64,000 nt of DNA from an uncultured beta proteobacterium (GTDB taxonomy: Bacteria > Pseudomonadota > Gammaproteobacteria > Burkholderiales > Burkholderiaceae_F): NCBI GenBank assembly GCA_963735955.1, contig CAVTND010000008.1, positions 15,085 through 79,084 on the forward strand, given 5' to 3'. Within the stretch, counting starts at the first letter, position 1, and each line of letters begins with the position of its first letter. The position numbers were made by a program, and so were the translations under genes. The notes beneath the pieces are model-generated. The model worked only from the letters and a program-made list of their open reading frames with translations. It searched no databases and was not told the DNA's origin. Positions 8,531 through 16,889 of this stretch are shown piece after piece.

Positions 8531-8851
8531 ATGAAAAAAGCGGCACCGAAGAAGGCCGTAAAGAGGGCGGCACCGAAAAAAGCCGCAAAGAAGAAGGTCG
8601 CACGCAAGCCGAACGCTGCCTTCATGCGTCCGCTGATGCCGACTGGCCCGCTGGCCGCGATCGTCGGCTCGGTGCCGATGCCGCGCACCGAGGTCACCAG
8701 CAAGATCTGGGCGTACATCAAGAAGAACAAGCTGCAGGACTCGGTCAATCGCCGCATGATCAACGCCGATGAGAAACTGCGTGCGTTGTTCGGCAAAGCT
8801 CAGGCGTCGATGTTCGAACTGACCAAGTACGTCAGCAAGCACCTGAAGTAG
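8531..8851 (+). CDS. SWIB/MDM2 domain protein with Lys/Ala-rich histone-H1-like N-terminal tail
   Basis: C-terminal ...PRTEVTSKIWAYIKKNKLQD..NRRMINADEKLRALFG...MFELTKYVSKHLK is a typical bacterial SWIB domain, preceded by AAPKKA-type repeats. The frame is open back to 8402. The best SD+ATG (AAGGAG-N7-ATG at 8463) is one nt out of frame, so the true N-terminus is probably longer (see findings). Confidence 0.8.
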   Translation: MKKAAPKKAVKRAAPKKAAKKKVARKPNAAFMRPLMPTGPLAAIVGSVPMPRTEVTSKIWAYIKKNKLQDSVNRRMINADEKLRALFGKAQASMFELTKYVSKHLK

Positions 8852-8881
8852 CCGCCTCCGGGGCTCTCCCGGACCGCAGTC

Positions 8882-8921
8882 AAATCGCCCGGGGGCATTT
8901 CGGCCCGGGCGATTTGTTTTT
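8882..8921 (+). terminator. Rho-independent terminator
   Basis: AAATCGCCCGGG (8882-8893) pairs perfectly with CCCGGGCGATTT (8904-8915), followed by gTTTTT. Confidence 0.75.
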
Positions 8922-9038
8922 CCGGCCCAGCCCGCTTCGCGGTTGACTTGGCCCGAGACTTTGTCAAGACTGGCGCCGTCGCGGTCGTACGGCCCGATGC
9001 CGTAGACCGTTTTTCGGTGTCACTGACAGGAGACCACC

Positions 9039-9530
9039 ATGGCCAGCCGTACTCGCAAGAGCGCCGCCAAACGAATCCGCCGCGCGGCACCTAAGAAAGC
9101 TTCGACCGCAAACGCCGCGATGTCGGCAGCGACTGCTCGGCGCGGCCTGGGCGAAGTATTCGGGAAGATGCAGCTGACGCAAGTCGCGGGCAAATTGATC
9201 GAGGGCCGCCGCCGCGACCTGGATGCAATACTCGAAGCCAACAAGAAGTCCTATCAGGGCTTGCAGTCGGTGGTCGAGCGCCAGACCTCGATGCTGAAGG
9301 AATCGATTGCTCAATGGCAGTCGGTCGCGAAAATGATGTCTACCAGCGGTCCACGCGAAAGCATCTCGAAGCTCGATGAGCTGGCAAAGCAAAGTTTCGG
9401 CATGGCGATCGCCAACATCCGGGAACTGGCGGAGTTGACCGCGCGCTCGCAGGCGGATGCATTCAACGTCGTCCGCCAGCGGATTCGGGAAAACATCGAG
9501 GAAGTGACCCAGCTGTTGAATCGCCGCTGA
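9039..9530 (+). CDS. phaP: Phasin family protein (PHA granule-associated)
   Basis: 163-aa all-helical protein. The segment ...NKKSYQGLQSVVERQTSMLKESIAQWQSV...ELAKQSFGMAIANIRELAELTARSQADAFNVV... is typical of the TIGR01841-type phasin pattern. Confidence 0.8.
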   Translation: MASRTRKSAAKRIRRAAPKKASTANAAMSAATARRGLGEVFGKMQLTQVAGKLIEGRRRDLDAILEANKKSYQGLQSVVERQTSMLKESIAQWQSVAKMMSTSGPRESISKLDELAKQSFGMAIANIRELAELTARSQADAFNVVRQRIRENIEEVTQLLNRR

Positions 9531-9565
9531 CGTGGCGCGGTAATCCGGCAAAACCGAAGTGGCGC

Positions 9566-9588
9566 GACGACGCACTGAGTGCGTCGTC
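9566..9588. terminator. Hairpin between convergent genes (possible bidirectional terminator)
   Basis: GACGACGCAC-tga-GTGCGTCGTC, a perfect 10-bp stem. No strong T-tract. Confidence 0.45.
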
Positions 9589-9613
9589 CGCTGTGTCGGG
9601 CAATCTCGGTCGG

Positions 9614-10255
9614 TCAATCTTGGCGTGAGACGAGGGTAATGGCCTCGGGGCGTTGCGCGACCAGGACTTCGTGCCAGGGCAGGCCGCTCCGCTTCCAGCC
9701 GGGTGCGACCAGACCTGCGCGGTCGGCGCCGCCCTCGAAGCCGCCCGCAACGACACTGACGTCGAGATAACCCATGGTCTGCAGCGCGATCGCCGCGCGA
9801 TGAGCTAATTCCCCGTTTCCGCAGATCAGCATGATCGGCATCGAACGGCCGCCGCCCCGGGAGAAGACCTCGCTATCGATCCGGGCGATGAAGCCTGAAC
9901 CGGGAAGTGTCGGCTGACCCAAAGGATTTTCGGCCCGGACGCCCAGTTCGCGGAACGGCACCACGGCGTCGACCCCTTCCGGCTGGCCCCGGGCTGCATC
10001 GCGGTGACTGCGCAGATCGACAAACAGCAAGACCTCCCCGCGCCGGATCTTCAGATCCCAGGCTTGTTCAGGCGTAAGTTCGGCGACCTGGACCGGCACT
10101 GCCGCGCGCTGGTCGCAGCTCCCGAGCGGCGCGTCGATCACATTTGCTGGGCAGGCATCATCGGCCAGTACCTGGGCTGCTGAAGATGAACTCCAGAGCA
10201 CGAAGACCACCAGGGCCGGGATCAATCGCCTAAAGCGGGCGCGCGGTGCAGACAT
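9614..10255 (-). CDS. Periplasmic rhodanese-domain protein
   Basis: Signal peptide starting at the internal ATG 10255 (MSAPRARFRRLIPALVVFVLWSSSSAAQ). Rhodanese-like active-site loop LICGNGELAHR. C-terminal GG..GW pattern. Confidence 0.75.
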   Translation of the reverse strand: MSAPRARFRRLIPALVVFVLWSSSSAAQVLADDACPANVIDAPLGSCDQRAAVPVQVAELTPEQAWDLKIRRGEVLLFVDLRSHRDAARGQPEGVDAVVPFRELGVRAENPLGQPTLPGSGFIARIDSEVFSRGGGRSMPIMLICGNGELAHRAAIALQTMGYLDVSVVAGGFEGGADRAGLVAPGWKRSGLPWHEVLVAQRPEAITLVSRQD

Positions 10256-10287
10256 GGTTCGACGTCCATCCAAATGATGCAAATGGG

Positions 10288-10569
10288 CTATGCCCGATCG
10301 TCGAATCCGCTTGTCAGACACCTGGCAAAGTAGGCGCTGCAATCAGGCGCGTCAGCCAGTTCGGACGCTGGCAGATCGGGGGCCGGGCGGGGACGGAAAT
10401 CGAAGGCTTCGGCCGAGTTCGGTACCAGGCGACCCCAGTCCCGCGCTCCGCCAGCCAGGGTAAACACTCCAAATAGTGCGATGACGAGTCCACCGGCGCT
10501 GGAACGCCAGTGCGCAGACAGCCACGACGACTTGCGCCGTGGTCGATGCTCTAAACGCCCCTGGTTCAT
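10288..10569 (-). CDS. Possible small single-pass membrane protein (hypothetical)
   Basis: ORF lies 32 nt upstream of, and co-directional with, the rhodanese gene. It has one hydrophobic segment (GGLVIALFGVFTLAGG). No family recognised. Weak call. Confidence 0.3.
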   Translation of the reverse strand: MNQGRLEHRPRRKSSWLSAHWRSSAGGLVIALFGVFTLAGGARDWGRLVPNSAEAFDFRPRPAPDLPASELADAPDCSAYFARCLTSGFDDRA

Positions 10570-10751
10570 TGTCTTCCCCGCGATCTGCCGGTAGATCCTG
10601 GCGCGATGCGGCTCTGCGCGGATCCACTTGCCAGTTACGGTAGGCGCCAGCGTGGACATTCGCGAGGTGCGTATGCGGCGGCGCTTCTGTCGACTATTCG
10701 ACGGCGCAGTCCGGGCGAAGGTGTTGCCCGGGCCAGGACGGCAATGAAAAG

Positions 10752-11336
10752 CTAGGCGTGCGCCCAGCGCGAATGGCGCGGCAGCGAAGCCTGCAGGAAC
10801 GCCATCTGGTCAGCGAGGATGCGGCGATTGCTGAGAATGAAGCCTTCGTTGCGGCACACGGCGTAGGGAACATAAATCAAGGGCATGTGTGCTTCTTCCG
10901 GTCGCCGGTTGCCCTTGCGCGTATTGCACGAACGGCAGGCGGTCACCACGTTGGTCCATTCGTGACGGCCGCCGCGCGATACCGGCGTTATGTGCTCGAC
11001 GGTGAGGTCGCCCTCCGAATAGTGACTGCCACAGTAGGCGCACACCTGACGATCGCGGGCGAACAGGCGATGCTTGGTCAACCCCACGTGCGCATGACCG
11101 AACGGAATCCGGTGCCGGCCTCGAATCATGACGATCGAACTCGTCAGCAGCTCTGAACGCGCGCCCGTGGATTCCTGCACGCCGCCCACCATCCCGAACA
11201 CGCTCTCGCCCAATTCGGTCAGGACTTTCCCCGCGGCGTAATAGCGTGCCGCCCGTTGCATCAACGCCCAGCGGACCGGTTGCCCGTGGGAGTCAATGAT
11301 CAGGATCTTCGGTACGTACTCCGTCGCATGCAGCAT
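10752..11336 (-). CDS. HNH endonuclease family protein
   Basis: CAYCG...LTVEHITPVSRGGRHEWTNVVTACRSCNTRKGN is a complete HNH/zinc-hook motif. The N-terminal 90 aa are uncharacterised. Confidence 0.8.
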   Translation of the reverse strand: MLHATEYVPKILIIDSHGQPVRWALMQRAARYYAAGKVLTELGESVFGMVGGVQESTGARSELLTSSIVMIRGRHRIPFGHAHVGLTKHRLFARDRQVCAYCGSHYSEGDLTVEHITPVSRGGRHEWTNVVTACRSCNTRKGNRRPEEAHMPLIYVPYAVCRNEGFILSNRRILADQMAFLQASLPRHSRWAHA

Positions 11337-11492
11337 GGCAGCGCGATTGTGCCACGTGCCACTCGGCCGGTGCGGGCCATGGCCAGGCGCAGGTCATCGT
11401 GGAAACGGGGGCCGAACCTCTCTGCGAGGAGAGTGCACCCGCCCACGGCAGGCCTTCTGCGTCTAGCCAAGGCCCGGTCGAAGCCCGATCAT

Positions 11493-11993
11493 TTACTTAC
11501 GATTACCGCCACCCCTTTCCCAGGGATCCATTCCGCCCTGCGTTTCGACAACGACGCCCGCCGGGTTGAAGTTGACGAACATCGCCGCCCGGAATCCTCC
11601 CTGAATGTAGGTGCGGTACATGAACGAGGTCTGCTGCTTCAGTGAGAAATACATCACATCGGCCGGCGGACCGAAATCCCGCAGGACGTCCTGCTGCGTC
11701 GTCTTGCCAACGCGAATCCTTCCAAAGGCGGATTCGCTCATCATCTGCTCGGCACGGACCAGGCGGCGCTCAGCATCGAAGTCGACATTCCATACCGATT
11801 GCAGCGACGGTTGACCCGAGTACTGCAGGCGCACTCCGCCATCGGCGAGGGGCCAGGTTGCGGTTGGCCTGCCCAGAGCGGAAAGTGCCGCCTGCTCGGT
11901 AGTGCCAGGCGCAAGCTGCCCCGGGCTTGTACAACCAACAATGCTGAGCGCAAGCAGCGCCAGTCCGGCCCAGTACAAAAATCGGGATGTCAT
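11493..11993 (-). CDS. Lipoprotein with two BamE/SmpA-OmlA-like repeats
   Basis: Canonical lipobox LSIVG|C. Two G.T..qv...lG.P-type segments (GTTEQAALSALGRP and GKTTQQDVLRDFGPP). The start is chosen at the third ATG; ATGs at 12038 and 12014 are also in frame. Confidence 0.7.
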   Translation of the reverse strand: MTSRFLYWAGLALLALSIVGCTSPGQLAPGTTEQAALSALGRPTATWPLADGGVRLQYSGQPSLQSVWNVDFDAERRLVRAEQMMSESAFGRIRVGKTTQQDVLRDFGPPADVMYFSLKQQTSFMYRTYIQGGFRAAMFVNFNPAGVVVETQGGMDPWERGGGNRK

Positions 11994-12064
11994 GGAGACG
12001 AGAGCGTGTGTCATTGGGATAATCCTCGCTTCAGGCAAATTGAACTCCAGCGTGGAGGGACGCC

Positions 12065-12595
12065 ATGAAATGGCTCAAACGAATTGCGATCGGAGTGGTC
12101 CTGCTGGTCGCGGTCCTGCTCGCTGTCGGAATGGTGCTGCCATCCTCTTTCAAGGTCCAGCGCTCGGTTGAAATCGCCGCGGCCCCGTCCAAGGTGTATC
12201 CGCTGATCGCCAATCCGCGCGAGTGGAAGAACTGGTCAGTCTGGAATCGTCGCGATCCGGGGATGAAAATGGAATTCAGCGGCCCCGACAGCGGTGCCGG
12301 TGCGAAATGGTCCTGGCAGAGCAAGACCGAGGGCAACGGGACTATGGAATTCACCGCAGCAGTTCCGGATCAGCGTGTCGACTACTCCCTGCACTTCCCC
12401 GACTTGGACATGCGATCGAAGGGTCAGTTGCAGCTACACGCAAGTGGAACCGGTACGCGGGTGACCTGGACCAACGAGGGCGATGTGGGCAACAACCCGG
12501 TGAACCGCTATTTCGCGGCGATGATGGATTCGATGGTCGGGCCGGACTTTCAGGCTGGTCTGTCCAACCTGAAAGCAATCGCCGAGCGAAACTGA
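12065..12595 (+). CDS. SRPBCC (START/polyketide-cyclase-like) family protein with N-terminal membrane anchor
   Basis: N-terminal TM segment (IAIGVVLLVAVLLAVGMVL), followed by a pattern typical of SRPBCC proteins (ap.kVyplianpreW.nWs.W). Confidence 0.65.
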   Translation: MKWLKRIAIGVVLLVAVLLAVGMVLPSSFKVQRSVEIAAAPSKVYPLIANPREWKNWSVWNRRDPGMKMEFSGPDSGAGAKWSWQSKTEGNGTMEFTAAVPDQRVDYSLHFPDLDMRSKGQLQLHASGTGTRVTWTNEGDVGNNPVNRYFAAMMDSMVGPDFQAGLSNLKAIAERN

Positions 12596-12896
12596 ACCCG
12601 GAAACACCTGGACGGGCGCACCCGGCCGGACCGACCCCGCGGCGAGCGCGCGACCCCCGTCGGTTGGTCAATCCGTCGTTTGCCGCTTCTTCGGCGCGTT
12701 GATCCAGACAATCTGGGAGTGGGTTCCCTTGGCGGCCTGATGGACTTTGGCCACATAGGCCTGATCGACGTCGTCCTCAGAGGCCTGGCCGGGCATTGCG
12801 CTGCACCCGGCCGCCATCACAATGGCGATTCGGCTGCCGCCGATCGGCGGGTTGGGGATGGCAAGGACGACATGCGGTGCGTGCGATGATGCTCTG

Positions 12897-13283
12897 ATGC
12901 ATCGACCGCCTGTGCTTTGCCTGCTAGTTCTGCTTGCCCCTCTTGGGCACGCACCTGCCCTTGCCGCCGACAGCGGTTTTGGTCGGTTTGCAATTGAGGT
13001 GCGGGACAAGGGCGCCACCGAGCGCTGTTTGAAGCTCGAGGCTGGACAGTCGATTCGCTACCGATTCAGCGCGACGAGCCCGGTTGATTTCAACATTCAT
13101 TACCACCTCGGAGACGAGGTTCGCCAGCCGATCGAGCGCAAGGCAGTTCATGCGCTGGATGGTGTGTTTCGCGCCGAATCGACTCAGGATTACTGCCTGA
13201 TGTGGGAACGGCGGGAATCCGGCGGCGTCAGGATCAACGGCCGGATCGAACCGCGCCGAGCAGCGGCGACACGCTCGCCCTAG
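12897..13283 (+). CDS. Exported hypothetical protein (possible GOLD/emp24-like beta-sandwich)
   Basis: Signal peptide MHRPPVLCLLVLLAPLGHAPALA begins at the internal ATG 12897. The mature 105 aa contain two Cys and an alternating beta pattern. Confidence 0.55.
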   Translation: MHRPPVLCLLVLLAPLGHAPALAADSGFGRFAIEVRDKGATERCLKLEAGQSIRYRFSATSPVDFNIHYHLGDEVRQPIERKAVHALDGVFRAESTQDYCLMWERRESGGVRINGRIEPRRAAATRSP

Positions 13284-13333
13284 CGCGCGGCGCACCACCC
13301 GCGCGGTGCTCCAGCCAATGGTCGTATCAATCC

Positions 13334-14884
13334 ATGACCGAAGAGATCGAACTCAAACTTTCTGTTGCCGCGTCCGACATCAACCGCATTCGGCGTCGCG
13401 CGGTGCTGACCGGGGTCGAGCCCCAAGTGAAGCACTTGATGGCGAGCTACTTCGATACCGCAGATCACTTGTTGCGAACACGCGGACTGGGCCTGCGCCT
13501 GCGCCGGGAAGGCAAGCGCTGGGTCCAAACGCTCAAGGCAGGTCCGGCGACGGGCAGCTCGCTGACGAAGCGAAGCGAGTGGGAGTCGGCGGCGCGCCTG
13601 GTGCAAGCCCGGCCGCAGATCGATCTGTCGCTGTTGCGCGGATCTCCGTTGCCGCGTCTGTTGGCGCGGCGCGGTGGAGTCTCGGCACTGACCCCGGTGT
13701 TTCAGACGCGCGTGGTGCGCACGACCTGGATGCTCGACTACAGGGGCGCGCAGGTCGAAGTGGCGCTCGATGTCGGCGCACTGGTCGCGCGGCGAGGCGG
13801 CCGGCGTCTGGTTGAGCCAATCAGCGAGCTCGAAATAGAGCTCAAGTCAGGCAAGCCCGCGCGCTTGCTGGAACTGGCGATCGAACTGGTCGGACACGGA
13901 CGCGACTCGGCCACGTTGCTTCCGCTTGCGCGCAGCAAGGCCGAGCGTGGCTATGCACTGGCGCTCGGTGAGAGCGCGCCGACGGCGAAGGCAAGCGCCG
14001 GGGGATTCCGGGAAAGCGTCACGCCGGACATGCGAACGACCGAGGTTCTGCGTGCCGTGATCGCACACGGAGTCGCTGTCGTCGTCGCCAATGCCGAGGC
14101 GGTGCGTGGGACTTATGAGCCCGAACACATACACCAGGCGCGCGTTGCACTGCGGCGCATGCGTTCGGCGGCGCGATTGCTTGATCGCCAGCAACGCGAC
14201 CTGCGACCGAAGCTAACTGTCGAGCTGCGTTGGATGACGCAGGCCATCAATGCCGCACGCGACTGGGACGTGCTGGTCGATTCAACGCTGCCGGCCTGGT
14301 CGGAGTCAGCGGCGGGAAACTCCGCGCACGCCCAACGCTTGCTCATCTCGGCGGGCCGACGGCGCGAAGCCGCACGCGCCGCTGCCGTGGCAGCTTTGTC
14401 GTCACACCGCTATGCCCGAGCGGTGCTTGGATTGCAACGGTGGAGCTTGTCGACGCCGACGTCGGGCCCGGCCTTGCCGAAGTTCGCGCCGCGCGCTCTG
14501 GGCCGTGCCCACGCCCGGCTGTTTGAAGCGGCCCGATTTCTGACTGCCTCGTCGCCTGAAAGAAGACATCGCGTGCGCATCCTTGCCAAACGTCTGCGCT
14601 ATGCGCTCGATGTGCTTGGGGCGGCCCTTCCTTCGGAGGCAGTCGCCGACTACTTGAACCGGCTCGCGAATCTGCAGGACGAACTCGGCGCCTTGAACGA
14701 TCTGGTGGTTGCACAGCAACTCATCGCCGCGATTGGCTCGTCTTCTGACTTTGCTGGATTGATGCGCCCGTGGGCGACGGCCAAAACTGCAGATCTGCTG
14801 GCTCTGGCGGAACAGCGACTCGCCGCGCTCTATGCGACGACCGCTCCCTGGGCCCCGGAGGTACAACCTAGCGCAGGCGCGTAG
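13334..14884 (+). CDS. CYTH and CHAD domain-containing protein (triphosphate-tunnel / polyphosphate-associated)
   Basis: Starts MTEEIELKLSV (the CYTH EIE.K signature). The C-terminal half is helical with HQARVALRRMRSA and RILAKRLRYALD, typical of CHAD. Confidence 0.8.
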   Translation: MTEEIELKLSVAASDINRIRRRAVLTGVEPQVKHLMASYFDTADHLLRTRGLGLRLRREGKRWVQTLKAGPATGSSLTKRSEWESAARLVQARPQIDLSLLRGSPLPRLLARRGGVSALTPVFQTRVVRTTWMLDYRGAQVEVALDVGALVARRGGRRLVEPISELEIELKSGKPARLLELAIELVGHGRDSATLLPLARSKAERGYALALGESAPTAKASAGGFRESVTPDMRTTEVLRAVIAHGVAVVVANAEAVRGTYEPEHIHQARVALRRMRSAARLLDRQQRDLRPKLTVELRWMTQAINAARDWDVLVDSTLPAWSESAAGNSAHAQRLLISAGRRREAARAAAVAALSSHRYARAVLGLQRWSLSTPTSGPALPKFAPRALGRAHARLFEAARFLTASSPERRHRVRILAKRLRYALDVLGAALPSEAVADYLNRLANLQDELGALNDLVVAQQLIAAIGSSSDFAGLMRPWATAKTADLLALAEQRLAALYATTAPWAPEVQPSAGA

Positions 14885-16883
14885 CCCCGATGTCCACGTT
14901 GACGGTGTCGCGCACTGGCACCTCGACTTCAATGCGCCCTTCGTTGACCAACATCCAGGGCAACGGAAGGTTGTCCGGCATCACGGTGATCACGTGTCGA
15001 CCCGACGCAACCGAAGGAAACTCGAATCGACCTTGACCGTCCGTACGAACCGAATAGCGGCCGTCAATGATCACAGTCACATTCGCGGCGCCTTGCTCGC
15101 CGGCCGCGAAGCGCCCGTCGTCATTGGTGTCGAGGAAGACCACACCCGAGATCCGCCCGGCCCCTCCTCCGATCAATCCGCCGAGCGGCGGCGCCATACT
15201 TCCGGCGCGGGTCTCGTAGCGCAGGATGACAAATGCGCCGCGGTCGTTGATCTTTTCCGCGGTCAGCTGAGTGAGCGTGTCGATCTGCGAGGTGACCAGC
15301 AATGGCACCTGGGAACGCGTCTGGCTGCGATACAGCGTGCCGATCAACTGCAGCTCCGGCAGGAAGCGCCAGGTGATGGCGAGATTGCCGTTCAGCGTCG
15401 TCGGTTGCGCCTCGCCGGTGCTGCTGGTCCATTGAGCGTTGATATCGATCGACAGATTGGTGGCGATGTCACCGCCGCCGAACACCGCGAGGCCGAACTG
15501 GTTCGAACTCAGGTTGAGGTCGCTATAGCGGCCAACCAGTACTGTGGTGTTTAATCGGGTACCCGCGGGCATGTTCCAGGTCTGATTGGCAGTTAGCGCG
15601 ATGTCGCGCTTCGGCGAATTTTCCGCGACCGAGACTTGGGTTCGACTGACCAGGGCCGGCAAGGTGTTCTCGACATAGGCAAATGCCGACCACGCGTTGC
15701 TGCCATCAAAGCGCGCACTGCCACCGCCGCCGATCCCGAGGTCCTGCCAGACCTGGTAACGGGCGCTGCCGGAGACAAAGGTGCTGGGTTCGAAGTCGCT
15801 GCCGTTGAGTGGTGCGGCGTAGTCGATGTATGCATCCCACAACCACTGGCGGCTACCGTAGTTGACGCGGTAATAGGCGCCGCGCGCGTTGCTTCCGACC
15901 GGCTGATTGCCCCAGGCGAGCCCGCGCCCGAGGTAGAACGCTCCGAAGCCATGGCCAAAGCGGCCGTCCTGGATGTAGCCGTCAGCCCATGCGCCCTGTT
16001 GGTTGCCGGTGAAACTGTTGTTGCTGCCGAGCGCATTGAATTGATACCGGTGCGTCGCGTCCTGCCATGCGGCGGATCCGAACCACGAGCGCGACGAAAA
16101 TTGAGTTGCTTCGTCCTCAGGCTGCCAGGGACTCGTGACCTCGCGGGCACCGAAGTACTGAAGTCCTGCTGACCAGTTGCGTGTCAACGCCCACTGACCA
16201 CCGGCGGTGGTCATGGTGCCGCCGAGCCGCCGGAATCCCGGTACGTAGATCCCGGTGTAGACCCCGGGCTCGCCCACTCCGGCAGTCAGTTGCGTGCCAT
16301 CCGGATTGCGCCATTCAGTTGAAGCACCCAACAATGGCGAAGTCGGCAGGAACCAGCGCGGCTGGAAGCGCGCGAGATCAATCGACGGCGAGTTCAGGTT
16401 GCCAGCGCCATTGGTAGCGCGCCAACCGCCATCAAACGGCACGTCGCGCTGCCACAGCGTCGCAATCGATGAGTCTTGAGTGTCGCCGAACACGCCCTCG
16501 AAGCTCAACGCACCATACAGTGGCGTCGCGACGAAGGCACCGATGCCGACACCGGCCCTCGAATCCGTCGTGCCGTTACGCGTCAACCGCGAGTAGATAC
16601 CGTCAAGCCGAAGCCCTCGCGGCAGTCCGTCGGCGTTGCGCGCCGGAATATCACCGGTCCAGACATCGGGCTCGAGTTGTCCACCCTCGATCAACTGATC
16701 GTCGTAGGGTGGGGCGTCGTTCGTGCCGTTCTTTCCGTTCTTGCCGGTCGCGGACTCGAGCGCGTCTCCGTTTCCGCTTTTGGTTCCATTCGAAGCAGGC
16801 GCAACCACACTCTGCGCTGCAACCGGCGCGGCAGACGCAGCGCTGGCGATCAGGAGCAGCCAGGCTGCTGCGCTGCGCCGCAT
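14868..16883 (-). CDS. 671-aa outer-membrane beta-barrel-like protein with C-terminal CarboxypepD_reg-like domain (candidate pore/usher of the fibre operon)
   Basis: Signal peptide MRRSAAAWLLLIASAASAAPVAAQ. The long Gly/aromatic-rich stretch has alternating beta-strand character. The last 85 aa or so (GRISGVVFLDTNDDGRF...GRFEFPSVASGRHVITV) look like a CarboxypepD_reg fold. No usher motifs recognised. Confidence 0.65.
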   Translation of the reverse strand: MRRSAAAWLLLIASAASAAPVAAQSVVAPASNGTKSGNGDALESATGKNGKNGTNDAPPYDDQLIEGGQLEPDVWTGDIPARNADGLPRGLRLDGIYSRLTRNGTTDSRAGVGIGAFVATPLYGALSFEGVFGDTQDSSIATLWQRDVPFDGGWRATNGAGNLNSPSIDLARFQPRWFLPTSPLLGASTEWRNPDGTQLTAGVGEPGVYTGIYVPGFRRLGGTMTTAGGQWALTRNWSAGLQYFGAREVTSPWQPEDEATQFSSRSWFGSAAWQDATHRYQFNALGSNNSFTGNQQGAWADGYIQDGRFGHGFGAFYLGRGLAWGNQPVGSNARGAYYRVNYGSRQWLWDAYIDYAAPLNGSDFEPSTFVSGSARYQVWQDLGIGGGGSARFDGSNAWSAFAYVENTLPALVSRTQVSVAENSPKRDIALTANQTWNMPAGTRLNTTVLVGRYSDLNLSSNQFGLAVFGGGDIATNLSIDINAQWTSSTGEAQPTTLNGNLAITWRFLPELQLIGTLYRSQTRSQVPLLVTSQIDTLTQLTAEKINDRGAFVILRYETRAGSMAPPLGGLIGGGAGRISGVVFLDTNDDGRFAAGEQGAANVTVIIDGRYSVRTDGQGRFEFPSVASGRHVITVMPDNLPLPWMLVNEGRIEVEVPVRDTVNVDIGATRLR

Positions 16884-16889
16884 CGCGCC

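Noticed and set aside
8470-8600. Periodic AAGAAGGC/GCACCGAAGAA repeats, considered as a tandem repeat or CRISPR-like array.
   Set aside because: They are the coding AAPKKA repeats of the SWIB protein's basic tail. There is no spacer/repeat architecture.
12668-12820. Short minus-strand ORF ending ...IAIVMAAGCSAMPGQASEDDVDQAYVAKVHQAAKGTHSQIVWINAPKKRQTTD, with a lipobox-like AAGC.
   Set aside because: No in-frame start upstream that would provide a signal peptide. Starting at the GTG/ATG next to the Cys gives no signal at all. Unsupported.
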